Below, piece after piece: positions 12,650-25,375 of a stretch of 64,000 nt of DNA. The notes beneath the pieces are model-generated. The model did not search any database. It was not told the origin of the DNA and saw nothing but the letters and a program-made list of their open reading frames with translations. Both the position numbers and the translations under genes were made by a program. Source of the stretch: Rhina ancylostomus (Eukaryota); contig JARFYF010000046.1 in the NCBI GenBank assembly GCA_030265395.1, forward strand, positions 13,189,777 to 13,253,776. Direction: 5' to 3'. Every line of letters begins with the position of its first letter. Within the stretch, counting starts at the first letter, position 1.

Positions 12650-13100
12650 TCATATAGATTTGACACAACACGAAAACAGGCCCTTTGGCCCATTTACATC
12701 CATGTCAGCCTTTTTGCCCATGTTTTCTCATCCTATTTGCCCACAGTACATTGGTATCTTTCTCTGCCTTGCTGGTCTCTTAAATATAGTGATTGCTTCT
12801 GATTCCACCACCTCCTGGGGCAGTTAGTTCCTGATATCCATTACTCTCTGTGTAAAAAAAAATTCAAATTCTCTTGAAAACTCCTTCCTTTCACTTTAAA
12901 CCAATGTCTTTTTTGTTTTTGATACCTCACCATGAGCAACAGATTCTATCTACCCTTTCAATACCTCTTATTTTATATACCTCTATCAGGTCACCCCTCT
13001 GTCATTTTTGCTTCTGGGAAAATATGACCAGCATATCTAATCTCTCCTCATAACTAAAATCCTCCAATTCAGGCGACATCTTGGTGAACCTCCTCTCCTT
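12650..13100 (-). mobile_element. CR1 LINE 3' end
   Basis: Reverse complement of the CR1 tail also seen at 46850-47290 (ccaccacctcctggggcag...ctctgtgtaaaaaa...tatacctctatcaggtcacc). Confidence 0.85.
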
Positions 13101-13454
13101 GCTGAAGATATTAAATCCAGTTTTCAGAGTCGAACCAAATCATATCTGTTCACTTGTTCATCTCTGGAGCATTAAGACCAGCACAGCTTGAGTGGCTTCC
13201 TGTGCTAGTCCTCTTGGACCTTCTGATGTCCACAGAGAAAACACCTTCCTTAAAGGAACACTGCCAAGGAAGCATTCGCACTGATAAAGGACCCCATAAA
13301 AACCCATTCATCCAATCAAAATCCCACTGCCCCTACTGAATGCACTCCATGTTCGCCAAACTAATGCCAGCCTTGCTTCTTGGCTCACGGCAAGAATAAC
13401 TAGTCATCATCTGGTAAATGCTTTGAGGGATGAAGAAGATAAGGTGAGATATCT

Positions 13455-13606
13455 GTATTAGTCACACATACATCGAAACACACAATAAAATGCATCTTTG
13501 CGTGGAGTGTTCTGAGGGCAGCCCGCAAGTGTTGCCACGCTTCCGGTGCCAACAGAGCATGCCCACAACTTCCTAACCCATACGTCTTTGGAATGTGGGA
13601 GGAAAC
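13455..13606 (-). mobile_element. Young elasmobranch SINE (HE1-like), truncated by a gap
   Basis: CpG-retaining. Ends in gtctttggaatgtgggaggaaac, the reverse complement of the V-SINE/HE1-type core, immediately before a long N gap. A short related piece lies at about 17110-17150. Confidence 0.65.
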
Positions 13607-14119
13607 NNNNNNNNNNNNNNNNNNNNNNNNNNNNNNNNNNNNNNNNNNNNNNNNNNNNNNNNNNNNNNNNNNNNNNNNNNNNNNNNNNNNNNNNNNNNNN
13701 NNNNNNNNNNNNNNNNNNNNNNNNNNNNNNNNNNNNNNNNNNNNNNNNNNNNNNNNNNNNNNNNNNNNNNNNNNNNNNNNNNNNNNNNNNNNNNNNNNNN
13801 NNNNNNNNNNNNNNNNNNNNNNNNNNNNNNNNNNNNNNNNNNNNNNNNNNNNNNNNNNNNNNNNNNNNNNNNNNNNNNNNCCTGACATTGAACTGTGACA
13901 GCTTTCTCAGCCACAAGGAGTGTGTCTATATGCACAAAGGGAAAATGGGTGGTGAGGGGAAGAGCTATTTCAGGAACATTATCCGATTTCCCTTGGGCAT
14001 TATATTCAGATGATCCAATGCACTAATGCTAAGAGAACCTGTCTTGTACAAATTTAGAAATTCTAATGTGGTACCATTGATTGTTGCAGCTCAGAACCAC
14101 ACCATGGACTTGCAATCAA

Positions 14120-15080
14120 GTATGAAGTCCATGGAATAAAAGGGGTTGTGACAGCATGGATAGGATATTGGCCAAAGAACAAGAAACTTAACAGTGTTGA
14201 AAGATTGTTTACAGTGGAGGAAAGTGTACAGTGGAGTTCCCCAGCATCCATTGCTTTCCTTGGTATCTATTGCTTTGGGCTTGGGTGCATAGGATGCAGT
14301 TTCCATATCCACACATGACACAAAATTTGTAGACATGGTGAACTCTGAGGAAGATAGTGGTAAACCTGAAGGAGTTATGTACAGGATGGTGCAGTGGGCA
14401 GATGATTAACAGATAAAACAAGGAAATGCAATTGTGTTATATTGCACCTTCTCATTCTTTCCACCAAAAGAGGACAAAATTCTAAAATGGGCCCTAGAAA
14501 AGAGCAATGTGGGTGATGTATTCATAAGTTCATTGAAGGTGATAGGACAAGCTAAGGGAAGATTTAAGAAGAAAGCATGCAGGATCATAGGCTTAAAAAG
14601 AAGAGGCACAGAGTGCAGGAGCAGAGAGGTCAAGATGAACTTCTATTAAATACTGGTTTGGCTACAAGTGGAGTATTATAATCCACACTTTAGAAAAAAT
14701 GTGAAGGCTTTGGAGAGGATGCAGGGGATTTACCAACATAATTCCACATGTGGGTGGATTGGGTACTTGGACCTGAATAGGTTGTGAGGGGATTTGATGG
14801 GGGTATTTAAAATCATGAATGGTATAAACACAGTAGAAAGAGAGATTGGTGGATGAGACAACCACTAGGAGGTGCACAACGAATGGTTCCGGGTTTGAAT
14901 TCACTGCCAGGAGTAATGGTAGAGCATTCAAATGTTAAGGGAGTTGGAAAAGTATCTGAAATATAAGAGTTTGCAGGACAGTGGGGAGTGGGCAGAAGTG
15001 TGGGGCCACTAGCATTGTTCTAACTTGGAGCTAGTATAGATTTGATGGGCTGAATGTTCTTCCTTCATGCTGCAATCTTT
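14120..15080 (+). mobile_element. Decayed CR1 LINE, 3' part of ORF2 and 3' UTR
   Basis: agtggagttccccag (SGVPQ), gatgacacaaaa-like, ctataaaatactggtt-like and gatgggctgaatg tail motifs in CR1 order. Confidence 0.8.
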
Positions 15081-15439
15081 CTGGGATTTGCACAATGGAT
15101 CATTTAGCACCACTCATGCATGTTGAGTTTCTGTAGACTGATTCATTCAGTCCCATTATCCCATTCTTTCCTCATACTTTCCCTCAAATGCTGATGCCCT
15201 TTGAAAGCCCATATTGACTCTGCTTTCACTACAAATACATTTTCTAGTTTGCCTCACCATTATTATTAAAATATAGCACAGCTGCAGTTACAATACTTGA
15301 CAATTTTTTTCAGTATGTCCTTTTTAATCAGCAATTCTCATGCTTTGATAAACACCTCAGCTTGTCGTCTCTGCATTTAATCAGTATGGGAGTTGCTTAT
15401 TGACTTGCACACCACAGCCTAATGGAAGTTCTCACTTAA

Positions 15440-15534
15440 TTACAGCTGACCAGAATTTGACCTGTAGTAGCCAAATACACAATGTGACTACAAGAGCAGG
15501 TCAGAGGCTAGGCATTCTGCAGGGAGTAACGCGC
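15440..15534 (+). mobile_element. Fragment of a second non-LTR LINE family (RT C-terminal region)
   Basis: Translates DQNLTCSSQIHNVTTRAGQRLGILQGV. Same family as 16695-17590, 34500-34765 and 43330-43560. Confidence 0.7.
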
Positions 15535-16454
15535 NNNNNNNNNNNNNNNNNNNNNNNNNNNNNNNNNNNNNNNNNNNNNNNNNNNNNNNNNNNNNNNNNN
15601 NNNNNNNNNNNNNNNNNNNNNNNNNNNNNNNNNNGTATGGCTTTGCCATGAAAATATATCTAGTAACCCTGCAGTGTTGTTTGATTTTACCAAGAAAAGC
15701 CCATCTGTCCGGCCTTGAAGGAAACACTAAAAATAATTGTAATTGTATTAACAAATATATGCAAAGTTTGTAGGAACAATTTATTAAACCAAATTCTCTG
15801 AATCTAAGAGCCTGAGTGCCAACCTTCCTTTCAAAGCTTGATGCCACGGTGTTATCTGGTGTTACCAACACAATTGAATAGACTTGCCATAATTATTTCT
15901 GACTCTTCCAACATGCAATTAGAACAATAACCACATGTCCTGCCCAGTTCACCAGTACACCACTAATGTTCTTGATCTGGTAGGTACGTTTTACAAGAAA
16001 TGTAGTTGTCAATGAAAGTTAACTATAAGTTTTAGTAATCTCTGAAATACCACAGGTTAACCTAGAACAAGGTCCATGGAATTACTGATTGGCCATCAGG
16101 ATGAATGTGTTCGAAAAATGATTAGTGCTGTCAATTAGTCACAGTTAATGAATGTGTTGGTAATATGACCACAAATTAACATTGTAACTTTTATTCTGAA
16201 GTGTTAATCATGCACCTTAACAAAATGAAGTAAACATTTGCAGTTTGATATGATACCCTTGGCAAGCCAAATCTCTGTCAATTCCTCAAAATCCTAACTG
16301 CCATGTTCTCTCAGAAGGCTGAATTGGCTAAAGTGGATTTGTAAAATAGATTAGCATGTAAGATGATAGATAAGCCATGGCAGACATTTAAGGATTTGTA
16401 ATTGGTCCATTGCAAAAAATTACGTACTTTTCCTTGCCGGATTAACAAAGTAAA

Positions 16455-16602
16455 TGACAATTGGTAATTGGTTTATCACATGTACCGAGATGCAGTGAAA
16501 AGTTTTGTTTGTATGCCATTCAGACAGATCATTCCATACATCAGTACATCGAGGTAGTACTAAAGGAAAACAATAACAGAATGCAGAATATAATGTTGCA
16601 TG
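16455..16602 (-). mobile_element. 3' tail of a young LINE-like interspersed repeat
   Basis: aattggtaattggttta..cacatgtaccgagatgcagtgaaaagttttgttt...cagaatgcagaata is a repeat tail I recall from ray genomes. Family assignment is uncertain. Confidence 0.5.
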
Positions 16603-16694
16603 AACAATTCCTATTTGTCCATACAAATTGATGTCCATACAAATGCAACACTATACTCTGCATTCTGCTAAAAAAAATTTTTTTCATTTACTAA

Positions 16695-17590
16695 TTTTTT
16701 TGGGATCTGGGCATCACTGGTAAGGCCAGCACTTATTACCCATCCCTAATTGCCACTGAGAAAATGGTGGTGAGTCACCTACTCGAGCTGCTACGGGTCC
16801 TACCGGTACTCCCACAATGCTTTCGGGTAAGCAGTTCCAGGATACAGATCCAGGGATGATGAAATGGTGGCGTTATGTTTCCAAACTAGGATGCTGTTCG
16901 ATTTGCAGGGAAACTGCACATGTTGTTCCCATACCCGCGAAGCCCTTTTCCTCCTCGGTGATAGAGGTTGCAGGTTTGGGAAGTGCTGTTGGAGAAATCT
17001 GGGTGAGTAACTACTGTCTATTCCGTGGATTGAATTCACTGAAGCCACAGTGTGCTGGTGATTGGGGCAATGAATATTGAAAGTATTGGTATCATGATTA
17101 GATCTGCAGAGAGCAGCTTGCTACGAGTCGCCATGCTCTAGCGCCATTTTGCATCACCAACTGGCTGCTTTATCGTGGATGGTGTTGAATGGTCTGAGAG
17201 TTGTTGGAGCTATGCTCATCCAGGCAAGTGGAGAGCATTCCATCCTGCTCCTAACTTGTGCAACAAACAATCTGTTGGAGGAACTCAGCTGGTCAAGCAG
17301 CATCTGTGGGAGGAAAGGAATTGTCGACATTTTGGGTTGAAACTATGGGACAGTTCCTTTCCTCCCATAGTTGGTGCTCGACCCACTGAGTTCCCTCAGT
17401 AGATTGTTACTCCAGATTCCAGCATCTGCTGTCTCTTATGTCTCCACACTCCTGACTTGTGCCCTGTAAAAGCTTGTGAGTATCAGGAGGTGACAGGATA
17501 TCCCCTCCCTCTGACCACTCTTGTAGCCATGGTATTAATATGAGTAGCCCAGTTGACTTTCTGGTCAGTTGTGACTCCAGAATGTTGAAA
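16695..17590 (-). mobile_element. 3' end of the second LINE family (CR1/L2 group), with nested insertions
   Basis: gggatctgggcatcactggtaaggccagcacttattacccatccctaattgcc... matches 34504-34560. Interrupted at about 17080-17150 and 17262-17444. Confidence 0.75.
17262..17444. mobile_element. Head-to-head (fold-back) pair of Penelope-like terminal repeats
   Basis: The left arm aacaatctgttggaggaactcagctggtcaagcagcatctgtgggaggaaaggaattgtc is the inverse of gacagttcctttcctcccatagttggtgctcgacccactgagttccctcagtagattgtt. Same sequence family as 19393-19530. Confidence 0.7.
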
Positions 17591-17804
17591 CCTCCAAACA
17601 CTGAGTGCCATCTGGTCCTGAGCAGCATGTTTCCAGTTCAGTAATTGTTCTGCAGTCGCTCAGTAAACACAAAGATTGGGATTTAGTGGACCTCCAGTAT
17701 TAATTTAAACTTACATTGCAGTGATTCGACTGGTGGGTCCTCTGGGAACCTTCCTCGAGATGAGCAAGAGCAAGCCTTGCTCTCATTATAGTTTGACGGC
17801 CAGC

Positions 17805-18092
17805 TAAGCTTTCATAAATCATGGGATTGAGTTTAAGAGCTGCGAGGTAATGATGCAGCTCTACAAAACTCTGGTTAGACNNNNNNNNNNNNNNNNNNNN
17901 NNNNNNNNNNNNNNNNNNNNNNNNNNNNNNNNNNNNNNNNNNNNNNNNNNNNNNNNNNNNNNNNNNNNNNNNNNNNNNNNNNNNNNNNNNNNNNNNNNNN
18001 NNNNNNNNNTGGTCACCTCATTATAGGAAGGATGTGGAAGCATTGGAAAGAGTGCAGAGGAGATTTACCAGGATGCTGCCTGGATTGGAGAG
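17805..18092 (+). mobile_element. Young CR1 LINE fragment spanning a gap
   Basis: Reads GIEFKSCEVMMQLYKTLVR...WSPHYRKDVEALERVQRRFTRMLPGLE, a classic CR1 ORF2 C-terminus. Confidence 0.9.
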
Positions 18093-19392
18093 TTGTTCAT
18101 AAATAACTATAAGTGCTATTGGCCTTGGGAATTTTGACACAATGTTTTGGGGATAAAAAAATCTTCATTGTACAGAAATATTTTAAGGTGGAATAAATGT
18201 AGAAAATACCATAAGTGCTCAAGGTATCAGACAGTTCTGATGAAAGGTTATGGACCTGAAATGATAATTCTGCTTCTCACATCTAGGTTCTGATTTTATT
18301 TCAGACCTTTAGCTTTGCAGTTTTTTGCTGCAGAAATCTAATCAGGCTTTTTTAATTTGTTCACTTGACTTAAACTGATTTCCCAAGTATGTGCAGATGA
18401 CCAAGGTCAAGGCTTTGATAATAGTTGTATTTTCTTTCCATGAGTACATCAGGACAGCAAATAGTCACAATTCAGTTCTAAAAACTGCAAACAATTATTT
18501 TTCACTTTCATTTTCGACAATAAATATTTTGCCTACTACAGTTGACTCTTCATATTAAAGCTGTTGTTGCAAACCATAAAATGGTATCTGACAGTGAAGA
18601 ACAATTTAGAGCCCTGGGTTGATGTTGTGTCTGCTTTTGAGGAAGCCACTTACAATCTGTGTTATATCAGAGACCATGGACTGTTATCAATCATTGCACT
18701 CCTGCTGACCAAATCAATGGTGCTCTCTTATAATGTCTGAGGGTACATTTAGTAGGCTGAGCAAGTGTCCATTCTCAAACATATCGTATTCCATTACAAT
18801 GGCAACTTGTTGGCCCCAAGTGTTCTGTGTCAGAATCCGGCACTTGAGAGCCTATGTTTTTTTCCAGAATTTAACTTGCTAGAAGACTTCAGACAAACCC
18901 TATTATGGTATTCTGCATAATGAAGGACATTCCCTCAAAATGCACCTTGGTACTACAGATGATTAGCTAAACCCCTGTGAGCCCCAAAGAGGGGAGAAAG
19001 TTGGAGGAAGGAGCCATCAGTAAGAGAGCACTTCCTCACTGAAACTGTAGTGTGCAGACAGGGCACTGAGCTGCAATCTCCAACTTGGTGACTAAAAAGA
19101 GAATTTTAACAATGTCCTGTTGTAATTTTCACTAATAATTCATTTATAATAAATGCTGAAGATAAAAATGAAAAAGCATAGAATCAAACATTCAATTCTT
19201 TGAATGAGTTGGAAGGATCTTTGCTTAAGTCTGCCTGCCCCCAGACCTTGGAAGTGGTAAATCTTCAGAAGAAACATGCCATCCCCTTTTACAATCTGAT
19301 AGATGTTTCTCCTGCTCCTGCCCAGTCTTTTTTTGTCTGGGTAACTGCTTCCCTGAACTACAACACTTCTTTTCAGCAAGGAATTCCTTTCG

Positions 19393-19700
19393 GAGATACA
19401 AGAGACTGCAGATGCTGGAATCTGGAGCAACAAACAATCTGATGGAGGAACTCAGCAAGTCGGCAGCATCTGTTGGGCGGGGTGGGTAGGAATTGTAAAC
19501 ATTTCGGGTCGAGACCCTGTGTCAGGACTGAGTGGAGAGAGGAGATGGCCAAGTGGAGAGGGAGAGTGGTGAGACAGAGGCCAGAGGTGATTGGTGAACT
19601 GAGGCGTTGGGGGGGTGGAAAAGTTGGATGACGGGCAGGTCAAGCCAGGAAGGGGAGGGGTGGAGTTGGGACACAGAGGCAGGTGGATGATAGATGGATG
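19393..19700 (-). mobile_element. Penelope-like element terminal region
   Basis: gatacaagagactgcagatgctggaatctggagcaacaaacaatctg...tttcgggtcgagaccct followed by a purine-rich tract. Orientation inferred from the copy at 43.7-44.3 kb. Confidence 0.7.
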
Positions 19701-22429
19701 ACATTCCTTTTGTCTTGTTTTTGTGTGGGAAAAATAAAGCAGGATCAATTTTGAGGGACACATGCAATGTGTTTGGCTGGTAATGGTACCAAAATAATGT
19801 TTGTAGTTGAATACTTGTATTTCTGAAGCAAGTGAGCACCATTTTAGGTTGGTCAATTCTGTGACAATTTTGAGACAGAGATGTGACAAAACTGTCTAAG
19901 ATGTGACAAAAAAATAATATGCTGAGCTTAAACAATGCATTGAAGATCACACAAATGAAACCATTCCTGTTGATGATATTGAGTAAAACTTGGATGATAA
20001 TCTGACCAGGAATTGCAAAATTCCCTTTCAAGAAAGTGTTGACATTTACTTTCAGATTCAGCTGAAGTTCTCCGGGGGCTCATTTATTCTGTTTTAGTTT
20101 ACAGCAGATTTGGTTCAAAAATTATGAAACTGAATAAGAGAGAACTTGTTTACAAGGCTGGATTCACAGCTGGTGAAGCACTAAACTCACGACTAACATG
20201 GTGGCCCCTTTAAAAAACGGTGTTGTTTTTCTGCCCTCATGTGACACATGGACATTCAGCTGCAGTTTAGGATCTGCATGCCTGAACACTGCACACTGTG
20301 CAAGTGCTGGCGATTGGCAGCTGTTGTCTTTTATTCCCCCTGGTCTCAGCTGTACAAAGGTATAGTTCTCTGTCTCACTACATTCTCTCAATATCTGACA
20401 GAAAATACCTCCGTGCCAATTGGCATACATGGGAAATTTAAAGCATGTAACAACATGATTTGAAAAAATAGAACCACAAAAATTCCTGGTCTGATCCAGT
20501 GAATTCCCCTGCATATTTCAGCAGGAAGATGATGGAACTACTCAGAACGGCACTAGGTCTGGATCTGATCTTGCCACGGACTTTCTAGGATGGTCTGCTT
20601 ATAAATTAGAAGCATTTTGAGCCAGAACAAGCTTTGATGTGGGCCACAGAACCCCTGGGTTGTCAAGGCATCTTTGACTTCTACATCTGTACACTGCAAA
20701 GTGAACATAAATGGTCAGCTATTGATACTCTCTCATTGGACTCACCATTAAGTCCACAGGTTGTTCTGGTTTATATTGAGCGTAAGAGTCAGATATACTT
20801 TATACCTAGTCCCTTAATTTTATGTTGGTAATGTACAAACAACAATTCATTTGAATGAAAAGGTAAGGTCAGATTAATTAGTTTAATTACTTTTCTTTAC
20901 TTCAATTTATATTTATATTTCTAATTAATTTACAGTAATTTAAAATTGTTTCAAAAATTGCTTTGAACCTTTTAAACTGTTTCTAAACCTCTCAGGATAT
21001 TGAAAACATTTTTAAAACGGCTGATAAAAGCCATTATGATGGAATTGAGGATAGATGGAACCTTGGACTCCCCCACCTGGGGCCTGGTCAGCACCATCAG
21101 CACACTCCACACCATGGAAGGATTGTGGAGTGGGAGGTGTCCAATGCAGTGGATCCCATGGGTGTCACTGGAGGAAAATGCATTGCCACTGAGAGAGGAT
21201 GCAGGGCTGCAACACAAAGGCAATTGTTCCATTTTGGGCCCATTGTTTCAAGAGGGCAAATGCCATGAGTTCCTGCACTCTGGGTGGTCAGATAAGCCTG
21301 GACCTTTGGTGCAGCTTATCAATGGCAAACACTTTAAAGGTTTTATTTACAAACCTTCTTCCTGTATCTTCAGAGATATCCTCAGAGATGGAGGCCACCG
21401 TCATTTCCACTGGAGGGAGTGCCCTTCTTCAGTTCAGGATTCCTTCATTTCACACCACGGGCAAGTGTCCCACAATAAAAGCACTTGGTATCTCAGGTGG
21501 GAAACAAATACCTGAATGTTTACCTTAGTTCAGGATGTTCCAATGAAGAACTTATTGAGGTGGAGGAATTAGTGCACAGCGTACACCTGCAATCAGCAGT
21601 ATGGCAATTTTTAAGTTGCTGGTAATGAGCTAAATCTTGACCAGCTCATTAGTAGGAACTCCCCTGCACTATGGGCTCATTCCAGTACACTTGAGAAAGC
21701 AAATGGAGTCTTGGTTTAATATTTCATCCAAAGACCAGACCTCCTAGATTTTGGTCTAAAGTTTTGTGCTCAATAAGCAAATGGAGAGATTTTCTTCTGA
21801 CCTGCTGACCTTTTCCAGGGTCTGCTACTGACCAGAATACATAACACACTATTGACTTAGTCATAGTGGATCCTTGGAACCTGAATATTTACCTTTCAGA
21901 CTCCCTTTTTCCTTTCCTTTCTGCACTGCATCATTGGGTGCAGACTACCTGCTCCTTTGTTGGACCAGATGTAGGAGAGGCTGACATCATCTGTTGTAGG
22001 CCTACATCACCACCATCATCTCTCCCACTGACCAAAGTATTGGATCTCTGCTCTGCACTGCTCCTTAAAAAGTATTGTGGACATGGCCCCAGATGTTTCT
22101 CTTTCCCTCACTACGTCCTTTTCAAAACGAGGCAAAGCCTTGTTGCTGCAGCGTTACCTCTGTTTCTCCTTCCACAGATGCCGCTTGACCTGCCGAGTGT
22201 TCCCAGCATTCTCTGTTGTTATCTCTCTCCTCATCTGACGGTAGCCATTGCAAAGCTTTATCCAGTGTGCCGGGTTATACCTCACTCAACCTATAAGCTA
22301 AATCCACTTTCCAGAGCAGCAATTTGCACTTGTCCAACAATTATCCACAGACATCCCAAAATAATTCTTGCATGCAATCTGAAACCTGGGTCGGTTTCTC
22401 CTCTTTTTTTAGACCCTTTACTTCAGGCT

Positions 22430-22740
22430 TTTGGAATCTTATAACCTACCATCTGCTTGATAAGATCAAGCTACCTATTTCTCATTAATGATATGTCATG
22501 ATAGTTAATGTTTCCAGAGTTGTAACTCTGCCCTACTATCACCTTGAAGAATTTTATACAAGCATCCACCTTTCTAAAGACAGCTCCTTAAAACCTGTCC
22601 CCTCGATGGAACTTTATGGACATCTGTCCTGATTTCTCCAATGCGGCCGATCATCAAACCTCTTTGGATAACACTCTGGTGACAAGAGTCAGGCATTTTA
22701 CCCCATGAAAGGTGTTAGATAAACGCAAGCTGTTCCCCCT
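22430..22740 (+). mobile_element. L2-type LINE 3' end, old
   Basis: ctccttaaaacct...tgaaaggtgttagataaacgcaagctgtt, an L2/MIR-like terminal motif. Confidence 0.5.
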
Positions 22741-23699
22741 GGATGAATCTTGGACTTGTGAGAGAAGAAAGAATTATAACTCTGTTGCAAAGGACAAACT
22801 TGATCATTCATCCATGTTGGTAAACCGAGCAATGTTTAACCCATCCAGCTGATCAAATCCTAAAGTTCAGCAGTGAAATGGCCTTCCCCACAAGGCCGGT
22901 GGAATTTTGTAATGTCATTGGGCACTTTCATCTGAGACTTTAACCTGCTGTTTTTGACTCTGCCTCATTTTTGATTGGTCTACTCCTCCATGTTGTGAAA
23001 ATGAGTTTTAAAATGAATTTACAATAAGTAAAAGCATAAAAGCAGTTTTTAACTGCTATAAAATTCTATCATGCAAATTAATTGTAAAGACATGAGGCTA
23101 GAAATTATTGACATTGNNNNNNNNNNNNNNNNNNNNNNNNNNNNNNNNNNNNNNNNNNNNNNNNNNNNNNNNNNNNNNNNNNNNNNNNNNNNNNNNNNNN
23201 NNNNNNNNNNNNNNNNAGCCTAATGCTGGTATTAATGGCGTGTGGCTAATGATATTATTGGGAGTGTTGATAAACATAGACTTCCTGTTCACTATTTTTT
23301 CTGTCAAAGGAAATTCTCATGACTGCAGTCTGGTTCAAAGTGTTGCAGGGCTTGAGACATCTGTAAAAGTAATTAAAGTAGCTGTTGCCAGGAGCAGAGC
23401 TCTTTCAGTGGGACTGGTCCATATTTCCAAAGTTGACAGGACACCAGCCCTCACACAGAAGTGGCACCACCACCAGGGTTGCATTCTGTCACTTGCAGTC
23501 TTCATTGAAAGGAAAGATATCACATATCTTGTTAGAAATATCAAGTGTTTGCTGTACTACGGGGACTGGATCCAATCTCCCCCTTGGTTTTATGCAGAGA
23601 AGGATCAGCATTCTCAAAGGGCTGAATCAAAATGAGAAGGCCACATAAGATCCTGTCCATTCTGACTGACTCCACCTCTGCTTCATCTCCTCTGTGGCA

Positions 23700-23930
23700 C
23701 TGGATCTTGTAAACCATTGCCAGCTCTAGACCTGACTCCTGCCAACCCTACCACTGTCTCTCCACCTTTCCTTCCTCTTTTAAGAGGCTCATTAAACTCT
23801 ACCTCTTTGCTTGCTTTGAAATTTCTGATGTTCCAATTTTTAAAATTTTGATTCGGCTGTTATTGAACACTTTTGGACATTTTGCCATGTTGCAACTGTT
23901 ACAAAAATATAAATTGTTTTTGTTGTTGCT
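23700..23930 (+). mobile_element. L2-type LINE 3' end, old
   Basis: ctctttaagaggctcattaaactctacctcttt...gaacacttttggacattttgccatgtt...aaatataaattgtttttgttgttg. Confidence 0.55.
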
Positions 23931-24089
23931 GGACAACCCATCACCTGGTAATGGCAATAGGGGCTAAGATTTACTGATGATACAGAGGGAACATTATGAC
24001 ATCTTCTTTAGGGACACCTCAATTTATCTAAGGCAGGCTCCTTCTTGCCTACCAGTTGGGATGTGTGTGCCAGTAATCGTAACAAAAAT

Positions 24090-24470
24090 TAGCTTTAATA
24101 TCCCACCTTTAATGTAGCAAAACATCCCAAGTTATTTGATGGGAATATTATCAAACATTTCATGGATCCATACCACATGTGGGTATTGGAGGAGATGAGA
24201 AGTCTCTTGAAGGAGGGAAAAGGAATTTGTGATGGGAATTCCAGAGTATGGGATCTCAGCAACTGAAGGCAAGGCACCATTGGTGGAGCAATTAAAGAAT
24301 GATCAGGAAGCCAGGATATGGAGAAGCACAGGTCTCCCAGGTGCAAGGAGACTTTGACAAGATATGGAGGCCACAACATGAAAGGACATGAAAACAAGAG
24401 TGGAATTTTCAAACTGAAGTGTTGCTCAACTGAGAAGTGGAAAAGTACTGATGGATCAAATAGGTCACAG
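24090..24470 (-). mobile_element. L2-type LINE 3' end
   Basis: cacctttaatgtagcaaaacatcccaag...gggaattccagagtatggg...gcaactgaaggcaaggcacca...gagtggaattttcaaactgaag. Similar to 60760-61200. Confidence 0.6.
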
Positions 24471-24959
24471 GACAATAACTTTATCATTGTTGCAGCAGGT
24501 AAGTAACCTGAGGAAGCAATGCAGTGCTGAAGAATAGTTGACATTTCTGGAATCCAAGGAGACAGTGGTTGCAAGCATTTGCCAGTCAAACTTCACACAA
24601 AGTGCAATCCATCTCATCCAGAGGGGTTCTTAGTCCAAATCCAGGTGGAGACATTGAAAGAAAGTAACAGTGTAGGAAACTGCTCCCCACCAGCATTCTT
24701 GTCCTCCCATGATTGTCACCACATGCTCCTTTTATTGACTGCTTGTGCTGGCTCTTCAGCGGACTTGGTCTATAAGACTGGCTTTTCTCATTTGACCAGG
24801 TCCAGTTCTGCAGCAGCTGCTCAATAAATAGTCCCACTTGGGTTCCTGATTTTATTTCAGGCGCCTAACTACATCCTAATTGCAGTTCACAGTTGACTAT
24901 GAGGGTTTGTGCTTCTCCTCCTTCAATGACGGACTTGCTGTTTGGGAAATCAAATATTT

Positions 24960-25375
24960 AAAGAAATTAGATCGACATTCCTTGGAGCTCAGAAGAATGG
25001 TTGGTGATCTTGTTGAAACACAAAAGGTCTTAAGAAGGAAGCCAGGGTTGGTGTTCCTACTCTTGGGAGAATCTCAGATAAGGGAACATAGTTACANNNN
25101 NNNNAGGGGGTATTTATTTAAAACTGAGGTGTGTCGGATCTTCTTCTCACAGAGAGTGTTGAATTTCTGGAAAACTCCACCCCAGCATGCTCAGGAGGCT
25201 AGATCATTTGGGATATTTAAAGAGGAAGTCCACATATTTTTGAACGGTCAGAGAATTGAGGGTTGTAGGGTGCTGGCACAGAAAAGGGGATAAGGCCTGA
25301 GGCAAAGCAGTCAAGATCGAGAATGAATGACAGGACAGGCTTTAGGGGCCGAATGTTCTATTCCTGCTCCTTTTC
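24960..25375 (+). mobile_element. CR1 LINE 3' end
   Basis: SLELRRMVGDLVET..K...FKTEVCRIFFSQRVLNFW...SFGIFKEEV, followed by the ggccgaatg..ctattcctgctcc tail. Confidence 0.9.

Noticed and set aside
13400-14013. Long ORFs of 100-160 aa here and at 15.4-15.9, 23.1, 33.0, 40.1, 41.5, 44.5, 48.2 and 51.9 kb
   Set aside because: Their length comes from translating N gaps as X.
21000-21528. Overlapping 171-aa and 109-aa ORFs
   Set aside because: No domain or splice support. Looks like old transposon-derived sequence, possibly Harbinger-related, but too decayed to call.
21866-22444. Longest gap-free ORF (192 aa)
   Set aside because: It has a GTG start and no recognisable domain, and it runs through a Penelope-like terminal fragment (about 22150-22220). 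Chance ORF.
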